A program made the translations under genes and the position numbers. A model generated the notes under the pieces. The model worked only from the letters and a program-made list of their open reading frames with translations. It had not been told where the DNA came from and made no database searches. A stretch of DNA of 64,000 nucleotides from positions 1 to 64,000 of the forward strand of contig JBBIRK010000001.1 of NCBI GenBank assembly GCA_037441845.1, read 5' to 3'. The DNA is from Candidatus Zixiibacteriota bacterium. GTDB taxonomy: Bacteria; Zixibacteria; MSB-5A5; UBA10806; 4484-95. Below are positions 1 through 9,631 of this stretch, in pieces. Position 1 is the first letter of the stretch. Each line of letters begins with the position of its first letter.

Positions 1-28
1 ACGGGCTCCGATTTTCATCGAAGCCCGT
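1..28 (-). terminator. Probable intrinsic terminator hairpin after the sigma factor gene
   Basis: ACGGGCTCCGAT-TTTC-ATCGAAGCCCGT imperfect inverted repeat 23 nt past the stop; any U-tract would lie outside the window. Confidence 0.5.
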
Positions 29-51
29 TCTTGATCGGAATATGTAATTTT

Positions 52-906
52 TCAGTTCAGATACGCCCGCAACGCCTTGGAACGCGAGGCGTGCCGCAAC
101 CGCCTAATCGCCTTTTCTTTGATCTGACGCACCCTTTCGCGGGTAAGCGAGAAGCGCGCGCCGATTTCCTCCAAGGTCAACGGCTTTTCGTGGTTGAGAC
201 CGAAATAAAGATTGATCACCTCGGCCTCCCGCGGCGTCAGCGTATCCAGCGCCTTCTCGATTTCTATCCGCAGCGATTCGTCGAGCAGGCAGGTATCCGG
301 CGACGGCTGCAGCTCATCCTCGAGAACGTCCAAAAGCGAATTGTCCTCCGAATCGGAAAACGGCGCATCGAGCGACAAGTGCGAATTGGATATCTTCAAG
401 GTGTCGGCGACCTCGCCTTCGGTCAGCTCCAATTCGCGGGCGATTTCGTCCGGCGACGGCTCTCTGCCGAGATCCTGTTCGAGGCTGGAAGATACCTTGC
501 CGATCTTGTGCAGAGTGCCGACCCGATTCAACGGCAGCCGCACTATGCGCGATTGTTCGGCCAACGCCTGAAGAATCGCCTGCCTTATCCACCAAACCGC
601 GTAGGATATGAACTTGAACCCGCGGGTTTCATCGAATCTCTTGGCCGCTTTAATCAGGCCGATATTACCCTCGTTTATAAGGTCGGCCAGTGACAAACCC
701 TGGTTCTGATACTGTTTGGCAACCGAGACAACGAAGCGAAGATTGGCCTTGGTTAATTTTTCAAGGGCTTCTTGATCGCCGCGCCTTATTTTTTTGGCCA
801 AATCGACTTCCTCGCTGGCGGTTAAAAGGGACGTTTCACCGATCTCGCGCAGATAAAGATCCAGCGACGGATCTTCATCGCGAAATCTTTTTGACTTTTT
901 CGCCAA
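52..906 (-). CDS. RNA polymerase sigma-70 factor, short RpoD/SigA family (no region 1.1)
   Basis: LYLREIG (1.2), [38 protein letters not shown] (2.3/2.4), [15 protein letters not shown] (4.2); TTG start with AAGGAG SD. Confidence 0.95.
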   Translation of the reverse strand: MAKKSKRFRDEDPSLDLYLREIGETSLLTASEEVDLAKKIRRGDQEALEKLTKANLRFVVSVAKQYQNQGLSLADLINEGNIGLIKAAKRFDETRGFKFISYAVWWIRQAILQALAEQSRIVRLPLNRVGTLHKIGKVSSSLEQDLGREPSPDEIARELELTEGEVADTLKISNSHLSLDAPFSDSEDNSLLDVLEDELQPSPDTCLLDESLRIEIEKALDTLTPREAEVINLYFGLNHEKPLTLEEIGARFSLTRERVRQIKEKAIRRLRHASRSKALRAYLN

Positions 907-1004
907 ACTTCGGTACTCCTTCGGGCCTTATTAACGGCCCCAGCTTATTAAAAACCCCAAACTTTGAAAAATACAATTAATCGTCAAAATTTGTTCCCTT
1001 AAAA

Positions 1005-2573
1005 TTACTCCGGTTTCACGGCCTTGAACGTGGTCGTCTCCCCGCGCCGTATCAAGAACAAAATCGACTTTTTCCGATCGGTCAGACTTCTGGCGATCTT
1101 GAGAAAATCGGACTTGGTCTGCACGGGCTGGCGGTTGATTTCGAGAATGATATCGCCTTGGAACAGCCCACCGTTATCGGCGGCGCTGTTGGGTTCGACA
1201 TCATCGATAATGACGCCCGGCACGAAATCCACCCCGCGGCTGGCGGCCATTTCTCTGGTAAAGGTGCTTACGCTTAGGCCGAGCCATGTGGATTCTTGCT
1301 TTTCCTGTCCCGAGGACGATGCCACGCCTAGAAACTTGCTGCGATCGCCGAGCTTACAGTAAAGCGTTTTACTCGAACCATCGCGCAAAATGCCTATGCT
1401 GACCTTCTTGCCGGGACCGGCATCGGCCACCAGAAAACGAAATTGTTGAGCATCGGTAACCTTTTGCCCGTCGAAATCCACGATCACGTCTCCGACTTTA
1501 AGCCCGCCTTCTTCGGCCGGCGACCCGGGTTCGACCGATTCCACCAACACCCCCTCGGGTTTGGAAAGACCGAGCGCTTCAGCCAGATTGTTGTCGATTT
1601 CGCGCGGCAGAATCCCCAGCCAACCGCGAGTAATACTCCCCGATTGCCTGAGTTCATCGCTAACCTTGCGGGCAAGATTGATCGGAATGGCGAAACCGAT
1701 ACCCACGTTACCGCCCGAGGGCGAAACGATGGCGGAATTCACGCCGATGACCTGCCCTTTTATATCGACCAGCGGCCCGCCGGAATTCCCCGGGTTTATC
1801 GAGGCGTCGGTTTGGATATAATTCTGATATGCCGGATACTCGCCACCGAAGACGAGCCCTTTTCTACCCAGTGCCGAAATTACACCTACGGTAACGGTTC
1901 TATCCAGACCGAGTTGAGGGAAAGGATTCCCTACGGCTATGGCCCAATCACCTACGAGGATCGAATCGGAGTCGCCAAATTCGAGATAAGGCATATTCTC
2001 GTCGGTGTCGATTTTAAGCAATGCGACATCGGTTTCGCTGTCGGAACCGACCAATTTTGCTTGGAATTCCTTCGTGTCGGACAGCTTGACCATAATATTA
2101 TCCGCCCCCCGGACGACATGGTTGTTCGTCAAAATATAACCATCGGGGCTGATAAAGAATCCCGAACCGAGCGATTCCGAGCGGCGCAAACGCTGGGGAG
2201 TTCGGTCTCCCGGGGGCATGCCGAAAAAGCGCCTCCAGAATTCGTCGTTCATGTCGAACAAGGAATGGAATCGATCCTCCACCACCGATTTCGCCGAGAT
2301 ATTTACCACCGCCGGTTTAACTCTTTCGGCTATGGCCACGAACGGAGAATGCCCATTGACAACGGGCAATGCCTGCCCATGATAGGGCGCCGCGGATACC
2401 TTTTCCTGAGCCGAAAGCTTGTCGGATCCAAGATTGGAGCCAACGACCAATCCTATCAGGATAAAGATGGCTGCGAACGAGAACAGCAAACCCAAACGCC
2501 AGGCTCTGGCTTTGTTTTTCGGGCCGTCCGAGGAATGAAATTGGTCAATGCCTTGGCTGCCTGAATTAAACAT
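1005..2573 (-). CDS. DegQ/DegP (Do) family serine endoprotease, two PDZ domains
   Basis: N-terminal TM segment; TNNHVV, TDVALL, INPGNSGGPL triad motifs; two PDZ-like domains. Confidence 0.95.
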   Translation of the reverse strand: MFNSGSQGIDQFHSSDGPKNKARAWRLGLLFSFAAIFILIGLVVGSNLGSDKLSAQEKVSAAPYHGQALPVVNGHSPFVAIAERVKPAVVNISAKSVVEDRFHSLFDMNDEFWRRFFGMPPGDRTPQRLRRSESLGSGFFISPDGYILTNNHVVRGADNIMVKLSDTKEFQAKLVGSDSETDVALLKIDTDENMPYLEFGDSDSILVGDWAIAVGNPFPQLGLDRTVTVGVISALGRKGLVFGGEYPAYQNYIQTDASINPGNSGGPLVDIKGQVIGVNSAIVSPSGGNVGIGFAIPINLARKVSDELRQSGSITRGWLGILPREIDNNLAEALGLSKPEGVLVESVEPGSPAEEGGLKVGDVIVDFDGQKVTDAQQFRFLVADAGPGKKVSIGILRDGSSKTLYCKLGDRSKFLGVASSSGQEKQESTWLGLSVSTFTREMAASRGVDFVPGVIIDDVEPNSAADNGGLFQGDIILEINRQPVQTKSDFLKIARSLTDRKKSILFLIRRGETTTFKAVKPE

Positions 2574-2603
2574 ACTTCACCTCATAAATGAAATCAGCTT
2601 GTT

Positions 2604-2632
2604 ATTTTAATTTTTCTCCATTATTTTGTCAA
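2604..2632 (-). promoter_or_regulatory. Sigma70-type promoter for the DegQ-like gene
   Basis: TTGACA-17nt-TAAAAT on the minus strand, followed by GAGGTG SD. Confidence 0.7.
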
Positions 2633-2992
2633 GTTTTTTCTTGCGTTCCTCTTACACCAATCTAATTTACGATCAATATGCTTTGCTGTTCCCGAACAAT
2701 TGTCGGCATGGATAAACGCCCGCGGACATATTATTCATTTAATCATATTAACTTAAGGAAACCGATGAAATTGGCGTCGGAAGTCACGATTCGGATCTTC
2801 CACGATTCTGTCCCAAGCGTTCCGGAGCCTGATCGCGATGAAAAGAGTCGATCGCCTAAATCGTTTCGGCGCCGAAATATAATTAGGGTGATTACCAATC
2901 GTTGACCTTGGGTTGCTGGTGACGTGGACGAAAAATAAAAGCCGCCCCGAAGTCATCGAGACCGCATTCGCGGAAATACGGAGGGAATAAAT

Positions 2993-4354
2993 ATGACACG
3001 TCAAATTGCCATATTCATGGCTGTGCTATGGCTTTCGATTCCGATTCGGGGACAGGGCCTGGAGATATTTCATAATCTGCAGGATTTGATAATCGGAATA
3101 TCGGAAACGGTCAAGCCCACGGTCGTTCATATAGAGGTCGTGAAAAAAGTCAACAGTCAGCGGTTCCAATCGCTCGGCTCGGGGATTATAGTCAGCCCGG
3201 ACGGACTGATCATGACCAACGAGCATGTGGTGGACAAACAGGTCAAGGTTACGGTAACCCTCGAATCGAAAATCGAATACCCGGCCGAGGTTATCGGCAC
3301 GGATAAGCTCACCGATCTGGCCTTGCTGAAAATCGATGTTCCGGAAGGAGTGCGGTTGCAGGCGGCGAAGCTGGGTGATTCCGACTCGGTGAAGGTGGGA
3401 CAATGGGTTTTGGCCGTGGGCAATCCCTATGGATTCGACCGCACGGTTTCTTTCGGGATCGTCTCCGGCAAAGGGCGCGTTCTCAATTTGCCGGACAACT
3501 CGACATTGCTTAACGATTTTATACAGACCGATGCAGCGATAGACCCGGGCTCATCGGGCGGCCCATTGGTGAATCTGCAAGGCGAGGTCATCGGCATCAA
3601 TTCGATCGGCGTAGGCAGGATGCAGGGCTTCACGATTCCGGTGAATATAGCGATCGACGTCAAAAACAAACTTCTGGCTACCGGCACTATCGAACGCGGC
3701 TATATTGGTATCGCAACCCAACCCTTGAATCGAAGTTACGCGAAATTTCTCGGCCAGCCCGATTTGCAGGGTATCTTGGTGGCAGACGTTTATCCGGATC
3801 AGGCGGCGGATAAGGCGGAAATAAAACCGGGAGATGTTATTATCGAATTCGCCGGCAAGCCGGTTTTCGCCGAAACCGAGGATGACCTGAACAAGTTCGC
3901 CCTCGAGGTCGCGCAGAGCAGAGTCGGCGAACCGGTCGAGTTCAAAATAATGCGCGACAAGAGGTATATTACGGGCAAGATCATCGTTGGGCAGAAACCG
4001 AAAGTGAAAGCCGATGAATTCGAAACCGAATATGATTTCACGGTCAAAGAGATCACCGATGAAATGTTCCGCCAGTTTCTGCTGCAAACCAGAGAGGGGG
4101 TTTACGTGCAATACGTGGAGGTCGGTTCGGCTGCAGACAAGGGCGGGCTCGAATCCGGCGATGTCATTGTCGCCGTAAATGGTGAAAAGATAAAAAATCT
4201 CGATGATTTCAAGAAAGAACTAAAGAAGATAGGAAAAGCCGACTACTTGTTGCTGCGGATAATGAAAGGCAAAGACTACGCCTACGCCCTGCTCGATTTC
4301 ACGGAAACCAAAACCGACGCCGCGAAAAAATCCACGAATCCCCAAAGCCATTGA
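2993..4354 (+). CDS. HtrA-like trypsin serine protease with two PDZ domains
   Basis: Signal peptide; TNEHVV, TDLALL, IDPGSSGGPL; GGAGGG SD. Confidence 0.92.
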   Translation: MTRQIAIFMAVLWLSIPIRGQGLEIFHNLQDLIIGISETVKPTVVHIEVVKKVNSQRFQSLGSGIIVSPDGLIMTNEHVVDKQVKVTVTLESKIEYPAEVIGTDKLTDLALLKIDVPEGVRLQAAKLGDSDSVKVGQWVLAVGNPYGFDRTVSFGIVSGKGRVLNLPDNSTLLNDFIQTDAAIDPGSSGGPLVNLQGEVIGINSIGVGRMQGFTIPVNIAIDVKNKLLATGTIERGYIGIATQPLNRSYAKFLGQPDLQGILVADVYPDQAADKAEIKPGDVIIEFAGKPVFAETEDDLNKFALEVAQSRVGEPVEFKIMRDKRYITGKIIVGQKPKVKADEFETEYDFTVKEITDEMFRQFLLQTREGVYVQYVEVGSAADKGGLESGDVIVAVNGEKIKNLDDFKKELKKIGKADYLLLRIMKGKDYAYALLDFTETKTDAAKKSTNPQSH

Positions 4355-4398
4355 GAGAACGGCCGGCATTTCGATAATCCGTCGAAACAACAAAATAA

Positions 4399-4427
4399 AA
4401 CTCCTCCGGTGATAAATCGGAGGAGTT
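4399..4427. terminator. Terminator hairpin between convergent genes
   Basis: AACTCCTCCG-9nt-CGGAGGAGTT perfect stem, A-rich on the left and T-rich on the right. Confidence 0.75.
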
Positions 4428-4453
4428 GTAATTTTCGCTGCTCCCGATCGCTA

Positions 4454-4906
4454 TTAGAATGTAAGTGAAAGTTTCGGTTCTAAATCGAGGATCATCGATT
4501 CGATGGAAGCCAGTTCTTCGTATTTCCGCAACTGCTCGGGAGTGAGCAGCGAGCGGGCCTTCATCATGGCCTCGAGCTCGAGCACCTTCAAATCGGCCAG
4601 GAAACCGTAATATTCCTTAACCAATTGGCAGCAAGCCGTCGAGTTCATAGACGTCCAATTGGAAGTGAACCGATTTATTTCCTGTCGACGGATTTCGGCC
4701 TGACCTTTGATTTGGATCATCTTTTCTTTGATGCCGTTATCGAGTATGCTGAGTTTCTTGATTTGGGAATCGGTCAACTCGAGTCCGGTTTTGTAGCTCA
4801 AAATCTTGCTGATCGGCGTATCGGGAATGTTTCCCGCATACAAAGGCCAGATCGTGCCTATGGCCAGAAAAATCAAAACCGAGCTGATTATTAAAATTCG
4901 CTTCAT
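4454..4906 (-). CDS. Secreted helical protein, Spy/CpxP-like
   Basis: Signal peptide; two LTxxQ motifs (LELTDSQ, LLTPEQ); AAGGAG SD. Confidence 0.6.
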   Translation of the reverse strand: MKRILIISSVLIFLAIGTIWPLYAGNIPDTPISKILSYKTGLELTDSQIKKLSILDNGIKEKMIQIKGQAEIRRQEINRFTSNWTSMNSTACCQLVKEYYGFLADLKVLELEAMMKARSLLTPEQLRKYEELASIESMILDLEPKLSLTF

Positions 4907-5076
4907 GGCTTACTCCTTTATTAAAATGAAATCCTTAAAAAACCATGTTGTCATCGTTTTTGAATCCTTTTCAGGCGCCCTGTCACCTCTTCGGCTTAAA
5001 TCGGATCGTCAGCAATAACTACGTAAAATACGTGCGGATGTTTCACCAGAATTCATACATGGTTCTTGGGACGATT

Positions 5077-5111
5077 AAAAAAGCTCCGGCGTCGGCGATT
5101 CTCCGGAGCTT
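5077..5111 (-). terminator. Intrinsic terminator after the aminotransferase fusion
   Basis: AAGCTCCGG...CCGGAGCTT stem with a T-run on the minus strand. Confidence 0.7.
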
Positions 5112-5133
5112 GGAAGTCGGAATTTATGGTCGG

Positions 5134-7500
5134 CTATCTTAAAACCGTCCGCCCTTGATCGGTGACGGTATCGATAATCGCCTGTCGGACTTTTTCGGCC
5201 GGTGCGCCCCCGATGTTCACCGAAAATGTCCGGCATTTTTCAAGCAGACGCTTATAATATCTTTTCTGAAGTTCGATCTGATCGCTGCCGGTATCCAGCA
5301 GGAAATGATTATAGAACGGGCGGCTCTTTTCGGTTACCTCGGCGGCGGGAGGCCGACCATCCTCGAGTATTTTCAAAGCCTGCTCGGGCGAAAGCGGTTC
5401 GATAACCTCGCCGTCATCTTCACGCTTGAATATCAATATCGTCTTAAGGTGAGTCCGCTTTACGTGCTTGTCGGGGCCGCCTATCCAATAAGGATCGAGC
5501 ATCACCCGTGAAATAGGCGAGCCCACGAAACACAACGGTTCGCCTCTGTCCAAATCGCATTCGCCGGCCATAGCGCAGTCCGGATTTTCACAAAGATCCT
5601 TGCCGGCCACCACATTTTCGCATTTGCTGCGTTCGAACAACGGCTTGAACGGCGGATATTTATCGACCCACTCGGTCGGCAGATAAAATTTCCTCTCGAT
5701 AGAATCGGCGATAGGCCCAGTCCCCCCCTGTCTGACGAAAACGACTTCAGGGGAAACTATTTTCGCGCGGGGATGTTTGAGCAAACCGGTAATATGTGTG
5801 CCGCGGCCGCAGCCGGCCGGGAAAAACATCAACACGCCCGAGCCGTCGATATCGAAGCAAGCGGCGTTGACCGCGTGAAGATTGAACAGCTTCTGCGAAA
5901 TATCGGCGACCATCCCGATCGCTATGGTTCGAAGCTGGGCATAATAGGCCGATTTGAAAAAGAAGGCGGTGTTGGAATCGCGGCTGTAATAGGCCCTCGG
6001 TTCGCGTCCGGCTATCCAGTTCACCGCGTAGATTATCCCATGCGGTTCAATATCCGCCTCCAAATGAGCCGGGTAAAAATTCTCGATCCAGAATTCGTTG
6101 AGATGAGGGCTGTTGGTGCGAAGCTGTAATATCACGCCGCCGATATTTACATTCCATTCGTAATAAGAATCGTGCGTGAAGAAGTTTTCCGACTCCGCCG
6201 CCAGGGCTTCTTTCATGGGAAGACTGATATTGTTTTCCATCTCCACGAAATTGCGGACTTGAGTGATAGTATTGCTGACCGCCTTGCGTTTTTCGCGGCG
6301 CGCCGGTTTCAATTCCGCCAGTGCTTCGCCGATTCGCCTAATTCCTTCCTCGAGCAACTTTTCCGAGGTCGCATAGGAAAGACGAATAAATCCCTCGGCC
6401 CCGAAAGCATCGCCGGGCACAACCGCCACATGAGCCCGCTTAAGCAGGTAATAAGCCAGTCCATACGAATTGCGCACCTGGGTGCCATCGTATTCTTTGG
6501 CGAAGTAGGTTTGAACATTGGGAAACAAATAAAATGCACCCTGCGGCACGGCGCAGGAAATGCCGGGAATGCCCCGTAACCGAGCCAATCCGATATTGCG
6601 ACGCCTTTCGAATTGATAGACCATCTTCTGCAATTCCACCTGGCTGCCGGTCAACGCCTCCACCGATGCCTTTTGCGAGATAGAGCAGGCGTTCGAGGTG
6701 TTGTGGCTCTGCACCTTGCTCATCGCGGCTATTATATCTTTGGGTCCGGCCGCATAACCGATCCGCCATCCGGTCATCGAATAGGATTTGGAAACGCCGT
6801 TGATCACCACCGTAATGTCGCGCGCTTTAGGCGCCAGGGAGGCGATGCTGTAGAATCGAAAACCATCATAAACGAGCTTCTCGTAAATTTCATCGGCGAT
6901 AATCAGTATCCCCTCGCCAAGACAGATTTTGAGTATTTCCTCGAGTTCTTCCTTGCCGTAGGCCGCACCGGTGGGATTGCACGGATTATTCAGGAACAGG
7001 GCTTTCGTTTTGGGGGTAATCGCCTCGGTCAGGTCTTTGGGATCGAGCCGGAATCCGTTTTCTTCGCGGCAACGCAGATAGACGGGGGTGCCTTTGGCAA
7101 GATTGACCATCTCCGGATAAGAAACCCAGTATGGAGCAGGTATGATCGCTTCGTCGCCCTTGTTGAAAATCGCCACGCAGAGATTGTAAAGGCAGTTTTT
7201 CGCCCCCGAGGAAACGATTATCTCATCGGTGCCGTAAGATAGTCCATTTTCTTCTTTAAGCTTCTTGATGATCGCTTTTTTCAGATCGGCGATACCATCG
7301 TTGGCGGTATATTTCGTGAAATCGGTATCGATCGCCTTCTTGCCGGCGTTTTTGATATTTTCGGGTGTCGGGAAATCGGGTTCGCCGATCGACAGATCGA
7401 TTATATCCACACCCTCGGCCTTAAGCTGCGAGGCCTTGGCCGAAATACGTAGGGTGGCCGACTCGCCGATACGCTGTATTCTGTCCGCTATGAATCCCAT
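5134..7500 (-). CDS. Class I/II PLP aminotransferase (aspartate aminotransferase-like) fused to a ~390 aa PEPCK/HPr-kinase-like domain
   Basis: GEPDF, NNPCNPTG, DEIY, SKSYSMTGWRIG, FIRLSYA in the first ~395 aa; the C-terminal half has HAVNAACFDIDGSGVLMFFPAGCGRGT and a Cys cluster. Confidence 0.85.
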   Translation of the reverse strand: MGFIADRIQRIGESATLRISAKASQLKAEGVDIIDLSIGEPDFPTPENIKNAGKKAIDTDFTKYTANDGIADLKKAIIKKLKEENGLSYGTDEIIVSSGAKNCLYNLCVAIFNKGDEAIIPAPYWVSYPEMVNLAKGTPVYLRCREENGFRLDPKDLTEAITPKTKALFLNNPCNPTGAAYGKEELEEILKICLGEGILIIADEIYEKLVYDGFRFYSIASLAPKARDITVVINGVSKSYSMTGWRIGYAAGPKDIIAAMSKVQSHNTSNACSISQKASVEALTGSQVELQKMVYQFERRRNIGLARLRGIPGISCAVPQGAFYLFPNVQTYFAKEYDGTQVRNSYGLAYYLLKRAHVAVVPGDAFGAEGFIRLSYATSEKLLEEGIRRIGEALAELKPARREKRKAVSNTITQVRNFVEMENNISLPMKEALAAESENFFTHDSYYEWNVNIGGVILQLRTNSPHLNEFWIENFYPAHLEADIEPHGIIYAVNWIAGREPRAYYSRDSNTAFFFKSAYYAQLRTIAIGMVADISQKLFNLHAVNAACFDIDGSGVLMFFPAGCGRGTHITGLLKHPRAKIVSPEVVFVRQGGTGPIADSIERKFYLPTEWVDKYPPFKPLFERSKCENVVAGKDLCENPDCAMAGECDLDRGEPLCFVGSPISRVMLDPYWIGGPDKHVKRTHLKTILIFKREDDGEVIEPLSPEQALKILEDGRPPAAEVTEKSRPFYNHFLLDTGSDQIELQKRYYKRLLEKCRTFSVNIGGAPAEKVRQAIIDTVTDQGRTVLR

Positions 7501-7502
7501 GG

Positions 7503-8921
7503 CTACTTGTCGGTCTTATCGGCTGATGATTTCTGGGCGAGATTTTTCAGGAATTCTTTTATATCCACTCCGGAAAGCGATTCGATCACGGCCGGCAGCT
7601 GCGCCAGCACGCTTGCCACCTGACCGGTAATTTTCGATGCGCCATCGCCGCTGTTGCCGACCATCACGATTTTATCGACTTTGGAAAGCGGCTCGGAGAC
7701 GGCGCGGGCGATCTGCGGCAAGGCCTCGATATACATTTGATAAAGGGCTGCCTGGTTGTAGCTGGCCATAGCGGCAGCCTTCTTGGCTATCGCTTCGGCT
7801 TCCGATTCGCCTTTGGCCTTGATAAGCTCGGCCTCGATCATTCCTTCCGAGCGTTTGCCTGCCATTTTGCCTTTGAAAAGCGTCTCGAGCTTATAGGCCT
7901 CGGCATCGGTTTCTATTCGGGACTGCTTGTTCATGGCCTCGGCCACTTTTATGACGGTCGCCTGAAGCTCTTTGTCCTTACGGGCGATTTCGAGGTCCTC
8001 GACCTTTATGGCTTCGGTTTTTTCGATTTGCTTGAGCTGGTATTCCTGCTTTTTGATTTCCTGTGCAATCCTCAACCTTTCGAGATCGTAGGCCGAGTCC
8101 GCCAACGCCCGCTTCTGGCTGATATCCGCCTGGAACGAGGCGCGTTGCACTTCGTACTCCTTGCCGGCTCTGGCCACTTCGGTTTCCGCCTGGAACTTTG
8201 CGATATCACCTTCCTTGCGCGCCTGAGCCGCTTTGATAGCCGCCTCTTTGTTGGCCTCGGCCTGAGCTATCTCCGCTTCACTTTTTGCCCTGGCTATATG
8301 AGGTTTGCCCAGAGACTCGATATAACCGACGGAGTCGCTAATTTCACGCAAGGCGAACGAAAGAATAGTCATGCCCATCGAATCAAACGCTTTTCGGGCC
8401 GACTTGGTAACCATTTCAGCGAATTCGTCGCGGTTTTGGTAGATCTGTTCGACGGTCATCGAACCCAGGACCGCCCTCATGCTTCCCTCGAGTATCTGCT
8501 GGGCGATATCTTTCATGCCCGCCAGGCCTTTTCCCAAAAATTGTTCGGCGGCCAGACGCACCGAGTAATCATCGCTTTTGACCTTAACCTGCGCCTGACC
8601 GACAGCCCTTATTATCACGCCTTTGGCGGTTAGACTTTCGGGAATGTCCATATTCAACGTGAATACCTCAAGAGGCAGCACCTCGGCTTTTTCGACGAAC
8701 GGCAAGACAAACGTGCCGCCGCCGACGTGCATACGATAGCCGATCTTATGCCGAGTGCCGTCGGGATCGGTCACCGTGCGTTTGCGACCGCCGGAGATAA
8801 CCAGCACTTCATTGGGACCGACTTTGCGATACTGTTTGGCCAGGGATAAGATAAACAGGGCAAAAAGCACCACTAATGCAGCAACCACAATTACCCAGCT
8901 AACAAGCGACATGGGAAGCAT
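7503..8921 (-). CDS. Flotillin family SPFH/band-7 protein
   Basis: N-terminal TM, PNEVLVISG, AAEQFLG, ILEGSMR, AEA-rich coiled coil, PLSKVDKI. Confidence 0.92.
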   Translation of the reverse strand: MLPMSLVSWVIVVAALVVLFALFILSLAKQYRKVGPNEVLVISGGRKRTVTDPDGTRHKIGYRMHVGGGTFVLPFVEKAEVLPLEVFTLNMDIPESLTAKGVIIRAVGQAQVKVKSDDYSVRLAAEQFLGKGLAGMKDIAQQILEGSMRAVLGSMTVEQIYQNRDEFAEMVTKSARKAFDSMGMTILSFALREISDSVGYIESLGKPHIARAKSEAEIAQAEANKEAAIKAAQARKEGDIAKFQAETEVARAGKEYEVQRASFQADISQKRALADSAYDLERLRIAQEIKKQEYQLKQIEKTEAIKVEDLEIARKDKELQATVIKVAEAMNKQSRIETDAEAYKLETLFKGKMAGKRSEGMIEAELIKAKGESEAEAIAKKAAAMASYNQAALYQMYIEALPQIARAVSEPLSKVDKIVMVGNSGDGASKITGQVASVLAQLPAVIESLSGVDIKEFLKNLAQKSSADKTDK

Positions 8922-9223
8922 CCTTTCTTATAGATTCCACCGGCGATACCTCTTAATCCAACAGAGTAAATTCCGGCCGGTCGGTGCTATTTCAAACCGA
9001 CAAAACATACGGCAAACGAATCTGATTTGCAACAAAATTCACAAGGCATGATCGTCCTCCTTTTTGCCGTTGGATTTACACCCGTTTTATGTAATACCCA
9101 ACGTTCGACAGTTCCACCGGAAAATCGGCCGGCGATCTCGACACGATTTCGGAAAACAGGACATCGCCAGAGATGCATAATCGGACGAAATGGTTCTTGT
9201 GTTTGCGGCGCGATAATGCCATA

Positions 9224-9568
9224 ATGGATGAAACGACAATGGCCGGGGAAAACGAATTCACGCGACGCTGCCTAAGGGTGATCAAAGCGATACCCAAAGG
9301 GAAGGTCGCCGCCTATGGGCAGATCGCCGCCTATGCGGGCAATCCTCTCGGAGCAAGGCAGGTAGTGAGGATTTTGTGCGCCATGACCACGAAACATGGG
9401 TTACCCTGGCACAGGGTGGTCAACCGCGAGGGAAGAATCGCGCTGAAAGACAATGCGGGTCGTTCCGCTCAGCGGAGGTTACTTGAAAAAGAGGGGATAC
9501 TTATCGGTCGGACCGGCAAAATCGATATGGGGCGATATCAATGGCGGCCACGCAAAATCCGCGATTGA
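9224..9568 (+). CDS. Alkyltransferase-like (ATL/MGMT family) protein; start uncertain (9224 or 9239)
   Basis: IPKGKVAAYGQIA, ARQV, PWHRVVN (Trp in place of the acceptor Cys), QRRLLEKEG. Confidence 0.88.
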   Translation: MDETTMAGENEFTRRCLRVIKAIPKGKVAAYGQIAAYAGNPLGARQVVRILCAMTTKHGLPWHRVVNREGRIALKDNAGRSAQRRLLEKEGILIGRTGKIDMGRYQWRPRKIRD

Positions 9569-9596
9569 AAATAATCCATCAGGGCATCAGGGAATC

Positions 9597-9625
9597 TTGA
9601 CATAAACGCTGCCACCAAGTATCAT
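9597..9625 (+). promoter_or_regulatory. Sigma70-type promoter, predicted leaderless transcript
   Basis: TTGACA-17nt-TATCAT; ATG begins 7 nt after the last -10 base. Confidence 0.7.
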
Positions 9626-9631
9626 CGAGGC

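Noticed and set aside
1443..2564. 373-aa antisense ORF (similar cases at 7737-8633, 52699-53664, 9650-10447)
   Set aside because: Antisense to clear genes, with no recognisable protein features.
9027..9044. Rex-like 18-mer TTGCAACAAAATTCACAA upstream of flotillin
   Set aside because: Only one half-site matches well, and no similar site was seen before the redox genes.
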